From Lama guanicoe (taxonomy: Eukaryota), in contig MU053482.1 in the NCBI GenBank assembly GCA_013239625.1, forward strand, positions 4,539,775 to 4,603,774: a stretch of DNA of 64,000 nt. The letters are read 5' to 3'. Position numbers and translations under genes: made by a program. Shown here piece by piece: positions 23,635 to 36,687 of this stretch. A model generated the notes under the pieces. The model was not told where the DNA came from. It did not search any database and saw only the letters and a list, made by a program, of their open reading frames with translations. Within the stretch, counting starts at the first letter, position 1; the number at the start of each line of letters is the position of its first letter.

Positions 23635-26600
23635 ATTTATTTTAAAACAACTTTATTGTGGTATAATTTCTGTACAGTAAACTATGCATATGTCCAATGT
23701 ACAATTTGATGCATTTTGATAGATGTATATACCTGTGAAACCACCACCACAATCAAGATACCTAACATTTCCATCACTTCCCAAGAGGTGCAAATTTCAA
23801 GCTCTCAATTTATCCCTTTCATACCCCCTTTACTCATTGGTAACAATAAGTCTGTTCTCTATGTCTGTGAGTCTGTTTCTGTTTTGTAGATAAGTTCATT
23901 TGTGTCTTTTTTTTTTGTAAGATTCCACATATAAGTGATATTTTATGTTTTTTTTCTTTCTGGTTTATTTCACTTAGAACAACAATCTCCAGTTCTATCC
24001 ATGTCGCTGCAAATGGCATTGTTTTGTTTTTTATGGTTGAGTAGTATTCCATTGTATATATATATATATACCACAACTTCCTTTCCAGTCATCTGTTGAT
24101 GAACATTTAGGTTGTTTCCATGTCTTGACAATTGTAAATAGTGCTGCTGCAAACTTTGGGGTGCATGTGTCTTTTTGAATTGTATTTTTGTCTGGACATA
24201 TGCCCAGGAGTGGAATTGCTAGATCAAATAGAAAGTTTATTTTTAGTTTTTTAAAGAACCTCTATACTGTCCTCCATAGTGGCCACACCAATTTACATTC
24301 CCACTAACAGCGTAGGAGGGTTCTCTTTTCTCCACACCCTTTCCAGCATTTATCGTTTGTGGACTTTTTAATGATGGCCATTCTGACTGGTGTGAGGTGA
24401 TATCTCATTGTAGCTTCGATTTGCATTTCTCTAACAATTAGCAATGTTGAACATCTTTTCCTGTGGTTGTTAGCCATCTCAATGTCTTCTTTGGAGAGAT
24501 GTCTGTTTAGGTCTTCTGCCCATTTTTTGATTGGGTTGCTTTTTTTTTTTTTTCAATATTAAGCTTTATGAGCTGTTTGTATATTTTGGAAATTAGTCCC
24601 TTGTCATTAGCATCATTTGCAAATATTTTCTCCCATTCTGTAGGTTGGCTTTTCATTTTATTGATGGTATCCTTAGCCGAACAGAAGCTTATAAGTTTAA
24701 TTAGATCCTATTTGTTTATTTTTGCTTTTATTTCCATTATTCTAGGAAACAAATCCAAAAAAAAATATTGCTGCGATTAATGTCAAAGAGTGTTCTGCCA
24801 ATGTTTTCCTCTAGGAGTTTTATAGTAGCTGGTCTTACATTTAGGTCTTTAATTCATTTTGGGTTTAGTTTTGTATATGGTGTTAGAAACTGTTCTAATT
24901 TTATTCTTTTACATGTAGCTGTCCAGTTTTCCCAGCACCACTTATTGAAGAGACTGTCTTTTCTCCATTGTGTATTCTTGCCTCCTTTATCATAGCTTAA
25001 TTGACCATAGGTGCATGGTTTATTTCTGAATTTTCTATCCTATTCCATTGACCCATCTGGTTTTGTGCCAGTACCATACTGCTTTGATTACTGAAGCTTT
25101 GTAGTATAGTCTGAAGTCAGGAAGCATGATTCCCCCAGCTCTGTTCTTTCTCAAGATTATTTTGGCTATTTGGGTCTTTTGTGTTTCTATGCAGATTTAA
25201 AATTTTTTTGTTCTACTGTGAAAAATGCCATTGGTAATTTGATAGGGATTGCATTGAATCTGTATATTGCCTTGGGTAGTATGGCCATTTTAAGAATATT
25301 GATTCTTCCAATCCAGGAACACAGGTGTATCTTTCCATCTGTTTGTGTCATCTTCAATTTCTTTCATCAGTGACTTATAGTTTTCAGAATACAGGTCCTT
25401 TGCCTCATTAGGTAGGTTTATTCCTAGGTATTTTATTCTTTTATGATGCAGTGGTAAATGAGATTGTTTCCTTAATTTTTTTCTACTATTTTGTTGTTGG
25501 TGTATAGAAATGCAACTAATTTCTGTGTATTAATTTTGTATCCTGCAACTTTACCAAGCTCATTTATGAGCACTAGTAGTTTTCTGGTGGCCTCTTTAGG
25601 ATTTTCTGTGTATAGTATCATATCATCTGCAAACAATGACAGTTTTCTTTCTTTTCCAGTTTGGATTCCTTTTATTTGTTTTTTTGTTTGTTTTTTTCTG
25701 ATTGCTGTGGCTAGGACTTCCAAAACTATGTTGAATAAAAGTGGTGAGAGTGGACATCTTTGTCTTGTTCCTGATCTTAGAGGAAATGCTGTCAGCTTTT
25801 CACCATTGAGTATGATGTTAGCTCTGGGTTTGTCATATATGGCCTTTGTTGTGTTGAAGTATGTTCTGCCTGTGCCCACTTTCTGGAGAGTTTTATCATA
25901 AATGGATGTTGAATTTTATCAAAAATTTCATCTGTGGAGATGATCATACGGTTTTTATTCTTCAGTTTGTTAATTGGGAGTACCACATTGTTTGATTTGC
26001 AGACATTGACAAATTCTTGCATTCCGGGCATGAATCCCACGTGATCATGGTGTATGATCATTTTAATGCATTGCTGGAGTCGATTTGCTAGTTATTTTGT
26101 TGAGGATTTTTGCATCTATATTCACAAGTGATATTGGCCTGTAATTTTCTTTTTTTGGTGGTATTATTGTCTGGTTTTGGTATCAGGGTAATGGTGGCAT
26201 CATGGAATGAGTTCAGAAGTGTTCCTTCCTTTTGGAATAGTTTCAGAAACATAGGTGTTAACTCTTCTCTAATGTTTGGTAGAATTTTCCTGTGATGCCA
26301 TCTGGTCCTGGACTTCTGTTTGTTGGGAGTTTTTTAATTACTGATTTGGTTTCAATACTGGTAATTGGTGTATTTATATTTTCTATTTCTTCCTGATTCA
26401 GGCTTGGCAAATTGTACCCTTCTAAGAAGTTGTCTATTTCTTCTAGGTTGTCCTTTTTATTGGTGTATAGTTGCTCATAGTAGCCTCTTATGATCCCTTG
26501 TGCTTCTGTGGTGTCAGTTGTAACTTCTCCTTTTTCATTTCTGATTTTGTTCATTTGGGTCCTCTCCCTTTTTTTTCTTGATGAGTCTGGCTAAAGGTTT

Positions 26601-29600
26601 ATCACTTTTTTTTATTTTTTCAAAGAGCCAGCTTTTAGTTTCATTTATCTTTTCTATTGTTTTTTAGTCTCTATTTCATTTATTTCTGCTCTAATCTTTA
26701 TGATTTCTTTCTTTCTACTAACTTTGGGTTTTGTTTGTTCTTCTTTATCTAGTTGTTTTAGGTGTAAGGTTAGGTTGTTTATTTGAGATTTTTCTTGTTT
26801 CCTGAGGTAAGCTTGTATCACTATAAACTTCCCTCTTAGAATTACTTTTGCTGCATCCCAGATGTTTTGGATTGTTGTGTTTTCATTTTCATTTATCTCA
26901 AAGTATTTTTTGATTTCCTCTTTGATTTCTTCAGTGATCCATTGGTTGTTTAGTAGCATATTGTTTAGCCTCCACGTGTTAGCAGTTTTTCTTCTTGTAG
27001 TTGATTTCTAACCTCATAGCATTGTTGTGGTCAGAAAGGAAGCTTGATATGATTTCAGTTTTCTTAAATTTACCAAGGCTTGCTTCGTGGGCCAGCATGT
27101 GATCAATTCTGGAGAATGTTCGTGTGCACTTGAGAAAAATGTGTATCCTGCTGCTTTCCGATGGAATGCTCTGTAAGTTAAGTCCATCTGGTCTAATGTG
27201 TAAATTAGGGCCTGTATTTCCTTGTTGATTTTCTGTCTTGATGATCTGTCCATTGATATAAGTGGGGTGTTAAGGTCCCACACTATTATTGTATTATTGT
27301 CAATTTCTCCTTTTATGAAGGTTAACAGTTGCCTTATATATTGAGGTGCTCCTATGTTGGGTGCATATGTATTTACAATTGTTATATTTTCTTCTTGGAT
27401 TGATCCTTTGAACATTATATAGTGTCCTTCTTTGTCTCTTTTAAGCCTTTATTTTAATATGTATTTTGTCTGATATAAATATTGCTACTCCACCTTTCTT
27501 TTGGTTTCTGTTTGAAATATCTTTTTCCATCTCCTCATTTTCAGCCTGTATGTGTCTCTAGTTCTGAAGTGGATCTCTGTAGATAGCATATATACATATA
27601 TATATATATAGAGGTCTTGTTTTTGTTTTCATTCAGCCAGTCTATATCTTTTGGTTGGAGCATTTAATCCATTTACATTTAAACTAATTGTTATGTATTT
27701 TCTTGCTGCAATTTTGTTAATTGTTTTGGATTTGGTTTTGTAGGTCTTTTTTTCTCCTTCTTCTTTTTGTTGTCTTATCTTGTGGTTTGATGACTATAAA
27801 GTTGCATTTGTTTGTGGTTACCATGAGGTTTTCATATAGAAGTCTGTATATATACATGATTGTTTTAAGTTGCTGATCTCTTAATTTCAATGCATTTTAG
27901 ATACCCTGCATTTGTACCCTTCTCCCCTCACGATTACTTTTCTTGTTTCCAGTTGTGGCCTTTCTTTTTTTACCTAGAGAAGTTTCTTTAAGATTTGTTG
28001 TAAAGCTGGTTTGGTGGTGCTGAATTCTTTTAGCTTTTGTTTATGTGTGAAGCTTTTGATTTCTCCATCATGTCTGAATGAGAGCCTTGCTGGATAGAGT
28101 ATTCTTGGTTGTTAAGTTTTCTCCTTTCATCACTTCAAACATATTGTGCCTCTCCCTTCTGGCCTGTAGAGTTTATCCTGAAAAATCAGCTGATAACCTT
28201 ATGGGAGTTCCCTTGTATGTTATTTGTTGCTTTTCTCTTGCTGATTTTAATATTTTCTCCTTATCCTTAATTTTAGTCAATTTAATTACTATGTGCCTTG
28301 GTGTGTTCCTCTTCGTAGAACTCTCTGTACTCCTTGGACTTGAATGAGTGTTTCCTTTCCCAAGTTAGGGAAGTTGTCAGCTATTATCTCTTAAAATATT
28401 TTCTCAGGTCCTTTCTCTCTCTCCCTTCTCTTTCTAGGACCCCTATAATGTGAATATTAGTGTGTTTCATGTTGTCCCAGAGTTCTCTTAAACTATCCTT
28501 ATTTCTTTTTATTCTCTTTTCTTTTTTTCTGTTGTGTGGTAGTGATTTCCACTAATCTGTCTTCTAGCTCACTGATTTGTTCTTCTACCTCATTTAGTCT
28601 ATTCTTGGTTCCTTCTAGTGTATTCATTTCAGTAATTGTATTACTCAATTTTGTTTGAATATTTCTTATATTTTCTAACTCTTTGCTAAAAACTTCACTC
28701 TGCATCTGTTCTTCTCCCATGTTCTCTGAACATCGTCACAGCCATAACTCTAAACTTTCTTGGATAGATGGCCTATCTCCTCATCACTTATTTCTTCTTC
28801 TGGGATTTTATATTGTGCCTTTGCCTTGGGTATATTCCTCTGCCACCTCATATTGTCTAAATTTCTATTTGTACTTTTTATGTAGGGTAGTTATGTTTCT
28901 AAACCTTGGGTAAGTGGCCCTCTGTAGGAGACGTCCTATGCGTCCTCGCAGTGCGCTCCTCTCTTGTCACCCAAGGGCCTGCTCCAGCTGGTTCCAGGGT
29001 AGAGTCTGGCCTGAGTTTGCAGATCCCTTCCACAGGCTTTGGGATTATTGTTTTCTTACTTCTGGTATCTGTCCCCTTGTGCGTGAGGCTGGACTAGAGG
29101 CTTGTGCAGGTTTCCTGGCAGAGGGGTCAGTGCCTGCCCACTGCTGCGTGGAGCTTGTTCCTGGCCCTCTGGTGGCCTTGGGGAGTGTCTAGAGGTGGCA
29201 CTGGGCTCAGAAAGTCTGTTAATGGGTGGGGCTGCATTCCCACCCAGTATGTTGTTTGCCCTGAGGCTTCCCAGCACTTTAGCCTATAGGGTGTTGGGTG
29301 GGGCTAGGTCTTAATGCTAATAACCCAGGCAAGATGTCATCTTCCAGGAAAACTCCTGCAGATGAACACTCCCCAAATGTCTGCCACCAGCTTTTATGTC
29401 CCTAGGATGAGCCATAGGTGTCCCCTACCTCCCCAGGAGACTTCCAAAACCAGCAGGCAGGTCTGGCCCAGGTTCCTATGAAGTCACTGCCTCTGCCCTT
29501 GGATCCCCTGTGCATGAGATTCTGTGTATGCCTCCCAAGAGATGGAAGTCTCTGTTTCCCTCAGTCCCATGGGGCTTCTGGAGTTGAGTCCCAGTGGCCT

Positions 29601-29973
29601 TCAAAACCAGATGTTCTGGGGTCTCCTCCTCCCAGTGCTGGAACCACAGGCTGGGGAGCCTGACATGAGGCTCAGAACTCTCCTGTGGGAGGGCTTCTGC
29701 AACTTAATTATTCTACAGCTTGTGAGTTGTCCACCCGGGGTTATGGGGCCCAGTTATATCACCTACATGCCTCTTCTATTATCTTGCTGTGGTTCCCTCT
29801 TTATGTTTCCAGTCAAGGAAGACCTTTTTTTGGCTAGGTTCCAGGGGTTTTGTTTGTTTTTGTTTGTTTTGTTTTTTGGTGGCTGTTTATCAGTCAGTTG
29901 TGTTTTTGTTGTAGTCCTGAGGAGAGGCGAGCTTGTTATCCTGTTACTCTGCCATTTTTACCAAAAATCAGCC
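23635..29973 (-). mobile_element. Full-length (~6.3 kb) degenerate LINE-1
   Basis: Minus-strand ORF fragments cover the ORF2 endonuclease (LNVNGLN near 27690; YAPNIGAPQYI), RT ([29 protein letters not shown]) and C-terminus (WYIY..MEYYS). An ORF1 coiled-coil fragment lies at 28499-28720, followed by a GC-richer 5'UTR starting with an AAAATGGCAGAG YY1-like motif. TSD TCTTGG(G/A)CTTT at 23624-23634 and 29974-29984. Many stops and frameshifts. Confidence 0.93.
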
Positions 29974-29984
29974 TCTTGGACTTT

Positions 29985-30460
29985 TTTTAAAGTTAGACTA
30001 GGATATATTAGGTAAAAAGAAATCTGGATAGTTAACCACCATGTTTTGTTCCTTGGGTCCTGAGATCCCTAGTCAGTCTGCTTCGTCTCCACCTTCCAAT
30101 GTCTTCTTACCTTTGTTTTATACATAATGTTTTCAGTTGTATTTAGCCGGAGGAATAGGGAGAAGTCCATACACTCCCTCCTCTTTTTTTTTTTTTAACA
30201 TTTTTTTTATTGAGTTATAGTCATTTTACAATGTGTCAAATTCCAGTGTAGAGCACAATTTTTCAGTTATACACGAACATACATACATTCATTGTCACAT
30301 TCTCTTGCTGTGAGCCACCACAAGATCCTGTATATATTTCCCTGTGCTACACAGTACAATCTTGTTTATCTGTTCTACATTTTGAAATCCCGGTCTGTCC
30401 CTTCTCACCCCCAACCCTTTCCCCCTCATACACTCGCTCTTGTCCCAGAAATGAAAGTAT
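29985..30460 (-). mobile_element. Continuation of the ancient L1M 5' end, interrupted by a younger L1 3' fragment
   Basis: ccttgggtcctgagatccctagtcagtc...ggaggaatagggagaagt resembles L1M 5' termini and continues the 22160-23634 element. Confidence 0.6.
30181..30426 (-). mobile_element. 5'-truncated lineage-specific L1 3' end
   Basis: Poly-T plus an artiodactyl-type L1 3'UTR; TSD CATACACTC(C/G)CTC at 30168-30180 and 30427-30439. Confidence 0.8.
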
Positions 30461-31057
30461 TAGATATTTTAAAGATACTGTGTGTAGCTCTAATGCTGCA
30501 AATGACATTAATTCTTTTTAACTACTATCTAGATGGATATCTTCTTTTTAATTTCCTTTTAAAGGCTTCTAGCCTTTTTTCTGCCCTCTGTTTTTCCAAA
30601 TATGTGTTATATGAAGTAGAGGAATCCTAGAAGCTGAAGTTTATTATCATAAGCCTTCTCTATTTTAGATATCCTTAGTTCCTTCAACTATTTTCTTAGG
30701 TACTACTCTCAAACTGCCCATTATCTGTATGTTAACGTCTATGAATATTACTGGATTTTGATCTTGCTAGTTTTGTTGTTTGTTTTCTGTAGATTCATCA
30801 TGCTATTTGCTGTGCACGCTAGGAATGTAGTCCTTGAAGTCTCCCCAGTTTTGATGCGCTGCCCCAGGCAAATTACTTTCATTTTTTCTTACTGTATCTT
30901 ATTGAATATTTCTTGGTTGTTTGATCTCTTGATTGAGAGTGTAGGAGTAGACTAACACTTAAAACATTTTTACTTTATATGGGAGTTACCTAAATTTGCC
31001 AAGATTCTTTCTTACTGTTTACATTTAAATTGTAAAAACAAACATAAGTGTGTGATA

Positions 31058-31189
31058 GAGGGGAGGATATAGCTCAGTGATAAAGTGCCTGCTTAGCCTG
31101 TATAAGGTCCTGGTTTCAATCTCCAGTGCCCCAGTTTTAAAATTAATTAATTAACTAAATTAATTAATTAAATTAAAAATTTTAAAAAA
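31058..31189 (+). mobile_element. tRNA-derived SINE (Vic-1-like)
   Basis: gggaggatatagctcagtga...ggtcctggtttcaatctccag followed by an AT-rich tail. Confidence 0.82.
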
Positions 31190-31820
31190 TGTCAGTGTGG
31201 TGCCAAACACTTAGAAGTCCTAGAAAGGCATAAAGGAAAAAAAAATCACCTCTAATTCTACCCCTCAAAGACAATACTGTTAATACTTTGATGTAATTCT
31301 TTTATTTTGTACATTTCTCCTCCTTTTCCTTTCCAATACAGATTTTTTAAATAAAAAGTGTTACTGTGTTTCTTGTTTTAAGGCCAGCATTATTTCTTAG
31401 CAATATATATGGGATATTTTCCCTTGTCAGTAAATGTCATATTTGTTTTGGTTCTGTCTATTGAGGTAGTTTTGAAATTGATAGTTTATTGTACTAAACT
31501 GCTCCTTAGATTCTTCTTTAAATTTGATCATCTTTTTTTTCTTTTTTTCATAACTTTGTCTAAACACTTAAAATGGGCCAAAGATAGGTAATCTTTTGGC
31601 ATAATTTTAAGAGTTATATGCTTTTTTCCCATTTTGATTTCATTTTACTGTGATGTGTAGGATGCATACAAAACAGTGAATGAATATGTACAGTTTAAAT
31701 CAAAATAAAATAATTACTTGCTCATCTTTTCCAGGATATAAAACATTACCAGTGGAACAGAAATCCTTAATAAATCCTTCTTCAATTGTATCCCTGCCTC
31801 TGCCCCCATTCTTAATTTTT

Positions 31821-31955
31821 TCCTCTTGAATCTTTTTTTTTTCCCTTTAAGATTAACCTTTTTAAATTTTATTTATTTTTTAAGAAAGGTAGTGGGGATT
31901 GAACCCAGGACCTCATGCATGCTAAGCTTATACCACTGAGCTATACCCACCCCCA
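31821..31955 (-). mobile_element. tRNA-derived SINE (Vic-1-like)
   Basis: ggggattgaacccaggacctcatgcatg...ccactgagctataccc; TSD CATTCTTAATTTTT at 31807-31820 and 31956-31969. Confidence 0.86.
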
Positions 31956-32347
31956 CATTCTTAATTTTTGATAATATATTAACAGTTTTTTTTTGTTTTC
32001 ACCACAATAAACCATGTTCATAAAGAATAAAATGGTTAGTTTTTTGTATTTTTGAACTTTATGCAAGTAGAATCATTTTGTGGGTGTTGGTCTGTGGCAT
32101 GTATTTTGCTGTGACTTAACTCTTTCACTTTTGGTTTTGAGATACATCCATGTTGATGGTACATAACAGTAGTTCATTCTTTTTCACTGTTATATGAACT
32201 TCTTCTCTGTGAATATATTACGGTTTATTTATCCATGGAAGCTCATTTGGGATGTTTACAGTTTTGTGCTATTTTGAACAATGGTACTATAAGTATTTCT
32301 GTACATGTCTCTTGTTACCTGGGGTGAGAGTTTCTCTAGGAGATAGT

Positions 32348-32370
32348 GGATGGATGGATGGATGGATGGT
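32348..32370. repeat. (TGGA)n microsatellite
   Basis: tggatggatggatggatggatgg. Confidence 0.85.
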
Positions 32371-33967
32371 TGGTTTGTCAGATAGGTAGATAAATGGTTA
32401 GATTTTCTTAGTGGTGAGATTGGTGGATTGTGGAATAAACATATTTTCAGATTTATAGGTAATATCAAACTTTTCCTAAAAGGTTGTATCAGTTTACATT
32501 TCCATTAACAGTGAGTGAAAGTTCTTGGTTTGAAGTATATCTTTTTCACTTACTAATAATAATGTATATTTAAAATTTTTCTTTGTGAGCTTATCATTCT
32601 TTTCTAAGAATCTCTTATTCATGGAGAATAGGAGAAAACGGCCAATATCTTTGTCCATTTTTCTATTGGGTTCTCTTTTTGTTACTGACTTACGGAACTT
32701 ACCTTTTATTCTGGGGATACCAGGCCTTTGTTACAATTGATGTAAATGTCCTTTCCCAATTTGTTTCTAATTTTTTCACCCTTTTAATTTTGTAAAATCA
32801 AGAAGGCTTTACTTTGATCTGATCTTAACCACTGTTTTTCTTTTCATTTTTGTGCTTTTTATAAACTTGAGATTTTTTTTATGTTCTAAAATTTTAAAGA
32901 TAATAATTACCTTTTAAAGGACTTAACAGTTTTGGCTTTCATCTTTTGGTCTTTAATTCACCTGGAACTGTTTGTTTTTTAATGTATGGTTATCAGATAT
33001 GCACTAAATGTGTGTGTGTGTTTTTCTCTATGTGTATCTCTTTATCCCAAGACCATTTACTGAAAAGTTTATCTTTTCTCTAATCAAAGTTTCTATATAT
33101 ATGTTTGGTTCTGCTTTGGGGATAATTTGCTGCACCAGTACCACACTATCTTAATTCCTATCTATAGCTTCTTATTAATTATTGATATCTGGTACAAATG
33201 CCTCAGACTTTTTGTTGCTCAGGAGTGTCTTGGCTATTCTTGTAGCTTTGTATATTCATACAGATTTGAAAATCATCCCTTTAGTCCCCCCTCCACTCCC
33301 AGAACACACATGCACGTGCACACACACATACACAGAGTTGGAATTTTTATTGGAATTATATTGGATCTATAGATTAATTTAGGAGAGTTGACTTCTTTAC
33401 AAAATCGTCTTCCAGTTTATGAACATTTTGCGTCTTTCATTATCTTATCATTTATTCAGACCTTTTTAAATTTCTTAAAAAGAGATGTTATAGTTTTTCC
33501 GTAAAAGGCTTGCAAGTTTTTGGTTTGATGTACTCGTGAGTACTTTATATTCTAAGATGCTATTGTAAGTATTTTTATTGTGTTTTTAATCTGTTGTTGG
33601 TTTATTGGGTTTTTAATACATAGAAACCTTGATAAGCTTTTGTTAATGGTAATAATTTATTTGTAAGATCTTTTGGATTTTCTAGGTAGACAGTCATGAC
33701 ATCTTTGTATAATGACTGCACTTTTAATCCATTTAGGTTGCTTTTCTTTTTCTTGCTTATTGCACTGTTCCTCTGGTGCAGTGTTGACTTGAAATAGTGA
33801 CTGGTGTTCACCCTTGTTTTGTTCCTAAAGTGAAAGCTTTCAGCATTTCATTATTAAATATATTTGCTGTAAGTTTTTATAGTTGCACTTTATCAAGTTA
33901 AGGAAATATTCTTCATATTTTGTTATACATTATCATGAAAAGATGTTTACTTTCAGATGTATTTTCT

Positions 33968-34120
33968 TTTTTGTTTTGTTTTGTTTTTGTTTGGTTTCGG
34001 TTTTTTGGAAGGAGGGAAGTAATTAAGTTTATTTATTTTTAATGGATGTACTGGGGATTGAACCCAGGACCTCATGCATGCTAGGCATGCACTTCACTAC
34101 TAAGCTATACCCTCCCCACC
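33968..34120 (-). mobile_element. tRNA-derived SINE (Vic-1-like)
   Basis: Same SINE body; degenerate TSD TCAGAT(GT/AC)ATTTTCT at 33953-33967 and 34121-34135. Confidence 0.85.
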
Positions 34121-34749
34121 TCAGATACATTTTCTGTATTATATGTATTGTCATAATTTTCTGTTTTAATCTGTTAATATGTGGCATTATATAAATTGAC
34201 ATTTCCAATGTTAAATGAACCTGGTTGTGATATTATGCTTTAATACATTGCTAGACTCAGTTTCCTAGTACTTTGTTTCACATTTTTTACAGTTTTTGTG
34301 AGTGATACTGATTTATAATTTTCCTTTCTTATGTTATCTTTTTAGAGTTTAATATCACATGCTAGCCTCATAATATGATTTAGAGTGTTCTTCATTTTCT
34401 ATAACTGAGAAAATTTTCTCTAAAAATTGTATTATCTTTGAATATTTGGAAAATCTTTAGTAAAATCATCCAGACCTGGAATTTTTCTGTTGTTATTGGA
34501 GGATTTTTACCTACTGACTCAATTTAATAACTTTAGGACTATCATGGTTTTCTTTTGTTTTCCTTTGAGTTTGACAAGTATTATTTTTCTGAAAGTTTAT
34601 CCATTCCATTATGTTTTCAAATATGTTGACATAAATTTGCTTGTGACATTCTTTTATGTTTTACTTTGTTGTATCTAATAGTTACATCCTGTTTTCTTAA
34701 TATTTTTGTGTTTTCTCTTTTTTGGGGATTAATCTTACCAGTGGTTTTG

Positions 34750-34773
34750 TTTAATTAATTAATTAATTAATTA
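34750..34773. repeat. (TTAA)n self-complementary microsatellite
   Basis: ttaattaattaattaattaatta. Confidence 0.8.
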
Positions 34774-36003
34774 GGTTTTGTTGTTTAATAGAAGCAGCTT
34801 TTGGCAATGAAAGTTTTCTTTATAGTATTTTTATTTTATATTTCATTAATTTCTGCTTTTACCTTTTTATTTCTTCTCCTTTGGTGCTTCAGTTACATAA
34901 CAGATTTTGGTTTTGTTTTCAGCTCTCTGGGGACCAGCCACAGCCCCAAACACCATTAGTAGCAGAGAACTATTTTTTCAGCTCTAGGTTTTGTAGTTCT
35001 TCTGGCTTTTCACTCTTCATTATCTCACCTCTGCCTAGTCCCACAAAGACTCACCTATTTTGCAGAAAAGCCCACTTCCCCTCCCCACCCAGTATGCTGT
35101 ACAAGTTTGATACATTTTTATTATCATTTGATTCTTAATATCTTCTATTTTCTTCTTTGACCCATGAATTAGTGTTTCTTAATTTTGTAATTATATATGA
35201 TTTTCCTACTTATATTTTTGTTATTGATATTTAATTCATTTGCATTATAGTGAAAGTGTTCTATATGATACTAGTCTTTTGAAATTTGTTGAAGCTTGGC
35301 TTATAATAAAACCTAATATGAAGTCAGTTTTTACAAATATTCTGTGTGTGCTTTGAAAGAATGTATATTTGCAGGTGTTAAGTATAGTTTTTCATGTATC
35401 GGTTGGATCAGTCTTGTTAATTTTGATGTGTGTTTTTCTGTATCTTTGTTGATTTTTTGTTTTTTTTTGGTCTGTTAAATCTGTCAACAACAACAGATGT
35501 ATATTAAAATCTCAAACTAAGATGTTGGATTTGTTTATTTTTCGTTGTGCTATCAGTTTTTGCTTTGTCTATTTCAGAGCTATTTTATTTGACATTTAAA
35601 ACTGTCACATCTAGGGTAATCTATCATCTCAAGATCCTTAGCTTAATCATATCTACAGTCTTTGCCATAGAAGGTAAAATTTATAAATTCTTGGGATTAG
35701 GACCTGATATCTTTGGGGACATGATTTAACCTATTCTATTATTTTTGCTTCTTTTTCTTTTCTTTTCTTTCTTGGCTTCTTTAGATTTAAATTATTTTTT
35801 CATTCCACTTTAATTGTTCTGTTGGTGTGGAAGTTATATACTGTGTATATTCTTTTAGTGTAAGTGTATTTGAAATAATTTAATATGTACACTTACCAAA
35901 GTGTAAAACTTTTAGTTATCTTTAATTTCCTCTTGAATACTGTAAGGATTACTGTAATTCCAGTAACACCCTCACTTATATGGTATAGTTGTTATACAAT
36001 TCT

Positions 36004-36606
36004 TTTTTTTTTTTTCCCTTTTTTGAGGTGAATAGTAAAGGAGTTTATTAGGTTACGCTGCCGTAGACAACAGCGGACCACACAGAGAGATGCCTGTAAG
36101 CCAGTTGTTGGGGTCTTTTATAAGACAGAGTCACAAGGTACCTGATTGGTTTGCGCACAAGCCTCTGATTGATTATAAGTGAGGTAAGAAGTTTAGTGCC
36201 CTGTGATGACTCTAATGAGGTGGGCTGAAACAAGCCAGCCTGAGCTATTGTGGGATTAGGCATTACCCAGGGCTATTAGTTTGTTAGGGCAAACACACCC
36301 AGTAAAGAATGTACTTTATCTGTTGAGGAATCACTGGCAGACATCCGAGAGCCCAGGAATGAGGGTCATTGGACTTTGAAGGTACTTTGAAGGACGTCAG
36401 TTGGCCCCACATTTCCCCCTAACAGATTGGCAATGACAAATCTTTGAAACAGGGGTGAAGGTCTCTTCTTCTGTATCTACTTTCTGCTGAATGAGAGGCG
36501 TCACACTGTCCTGTCTATCATGCAAGTCTGTCCAGGGTTATGGGGCACCGACATCCTAGCAAGCAGCCTTAAAGGCTGGAGCAGAGGGAGACCCCAGGAG
36601 CATCCT
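36004..36606 (-). mobile_element. ERV1-like 3'-end retrocopy: internal 3' region + PPT + U3 + R + poly(A), no U5
   Basis: On the minus strand: PPT AGGGGGAAA (36420-36412), then TG at 36411, CCAAT (36149-36145), TATAAAA (36122-36116), AATAAA (36049-36044), CA then an A-rich tail. AATTCT flanks at 35998-36003 and 36607-36612. Confidence 0.8.
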
Positions 36607-36687
36607 AATTCTGTCTTTTCATTTTTAAGCATAGAAGACGTTGCTGTTTATAGTTTACCCACATATTTATAATTCTTTGCTATTCAC

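Larger units (their letters stand above)
31640..35990 (-). mobile_element. Long, highly degenerate ancient L1 (L1ME/L1MC-like) with nested SINEs
   Basis: T-rich antisense L1 ORF2 text and fragments such as 'DVMTVYLENPKDLTNKLL' (33602..33811). Confidence 0.65.

Noticed and set aside
23834..28720. L1 ORF1/ORF2 fragments as an active retrotransposon or novel RT system
   Set aside because: Broken by many stops and frameshifts, so this is an ordinary dead L1. The plus-strand hydrophobic ORFs are antisense L1 artefacts.
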